Below, in pieces: positions 62,697-64,000 of a stretch of 64,000 nt of DNA. The notes beneath the pieces were generated by a model. That model had not been told where the DNA came from. It saw only the letters and a list, made by a program, of their open reading frames with translations, and did not search any database. The translations under genes were made by a program, and so were the position numbers. Source of the stretch: Basidiobolus meristosporus CBS 931.73 (lineage: Eukaryota; Fungi; Basidiobolomycota); assembly GCA_002104905.1 (NCBI GenBank), contig MCFE01000061.1, forward strand, positions 62,001 through 126,000, in the 5' to 3' direction. Every line of letters starts with the position of its first letter. The first letter of the stretch is position 1.

Positions 62697-63972
62697 ATGC
62701 AACCGTGGATAGGGCTAGTAGTCATAGTATCGGTTGGCATCTTAGCCATTCCATTGTATCTTTATATTCATCTGTTACTACGAAGAGTATCCAAGCGAAC
62801 TGAACGACCAGTTGACATGGAGTTTGTCTCCTACTGGTAAGTTACCGCTTTAGTATAAACATTGTGTTAACCTCAGATGTAACCACCTCCTTGTAGTCTA
62901 TACCCGTCATTGCTGGGGTGCTTATTGATTGCTATAAATATAGCCCTGCCTTTGCTAGATGAGCTGCCAGAGAATGTGTTCCGTATCATTAGACATGTGC
63001 TGGCGATACTCTTGATTGTTGATGTCACCTGGGTATTAATCAATGTGGCTCGAGCCAGTACAAGGATCATTGCTAGATACGGAGAGAAGAAAGAGAATGA
63101 CCAGAGCACGGAGAAAGGCAAACTTTATGCTACAATCTTGCGTCGCTTTTTGATAGCGTTTATTGTGTTCATTGCGATCGCCGCTATCCTGCTGACCTTT
63201 CCGGACGTACGGCAGATGGGCATTAGCATGCTGGTTGGTGTTGGAGTTCTGAGCCTAGTGGTAGGGATCGCGCTTCGGCCATTGATTGAAGACCTTCTGA
63301 CCAGCCTGCAAGTCACCATCACAGAGCCGATTTCGTTGTTTGATCAGGTTACAGTGGATGACTATCACGGAAAAGTTGGTAAGTTGCACACCTGCATGCT
63401 ATTTTTGCACCAGCACTCACTCCTAAACCAACATAGAGGAAATTCATATGTTTCATGCTGTATTGAAAGCGCCTGATGACAGCCGGTACATGGTTCCGTT
63501 GTCCAGGTTTACCAAAAAGCCATTTCAGAATTGGACAAAAGGGTGCAATCACAAGATTGGTGAGGTGAAATTGGTGGTGGATTACGGCATCCCTATAACG
63601 AATCTTCGCACTCAACTGCAAAAGATTGTTGCCTCATGTCCGTTTTGGGACAAGCGAAAGGCAATGTTGCAGGTAAGGCCTTTGGAGGCTTTCAAATTTG
63701 GCGACCACTGAAACGCTTATCCATTCCAGGTTACTGACTCCACAGAATTCTGTATGCAAGTGTCGTGCTATGTGAGTTCAGTCAATATCGACACGCAGCA
63801 CGAACTAACGTGCTACGTTCGCGAGAAGATGTTGGATTATATCATCACTAGTTTCCGGCCAAACGTTCCTCAAGATACCAGCCGAAGAGCAGGTCTCGAG
63901 CGGGCCTCAAGTAGTGAAAGTAGTGAGCCTGGACACCACTGGTACGAGCATATCAAGCGAACCACTCGATAA
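62697..63972 (+). CDS. mscS: Small-conductance mechanosensitive channel, bacterial-type MscS (366 aa; exons 62697-62836, 62897-63378, 63437-63672, 63730-63972)
   Basis: TM helices, TM3 GISMLVGVGVLSLVVGIALRPLIEDLLTSLQV, beta domain DQVTVDDYHGKVEEI, PFQNWT, FWDKRKAMLQVTD, LTCYVREKML. The exons sum to 1101 nt. Confidence 0.9.
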
Positions 63973-64000
63973 TGTGTTGCCAACAATCTGTGTCCCCGAG

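Overview
Eukaryotic window, most likely from a fungus (short GT-AG introns, fungal-type Sfp1/Hem25/Otu2/Ubc4 genes). An early-diverging lineage such as Basidiobolus or Mucoromycota is an inference only. It has two sharply different halves. 1 to ~39.9 kb is a nested, CpG-depleted transposon block with six pieces of a CCCTA-ended CACTA/EnSpm (CMC) DNA transposon plus a MITE, two Ty3/Gypsy copies, solo LTRs of two Gypsy-type families (4-bp TSDs), a decayed Ty1/Copia, and one apparently intact, very young Copia (1367-codon ORF, LTRs differing by one indel, 5-bp TSD, half-tRNA primer site). ~40 to 64 kb is CpG-rich and gene-dense: Sfp1-like zinc-finger factor, OTU deubiquitinase, mitochondrial glycine carrier, GPI-anchored Cys-rich protein, Ubc4, RasGEF, SCP2-type thiolase, and two neighbouring intron-containing genes of bacterial type (YdcZ-like DMT transporter, small MscS channel). 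I found no rRNA, tRNA or CRISPR array, and no clearly new multi-gene system. The best leads are the bacterial-type MscS/YdcZ pair (candidate horizontal transfer), the intact half-tRNA-primed Copia, the CCCTA transposon family with a divergent repeat-bearing ORF2, a fold-back LTR at the TE/gene boundary, and reciprocal CpG-deamination scars. All alignments and splice models were made by eye.
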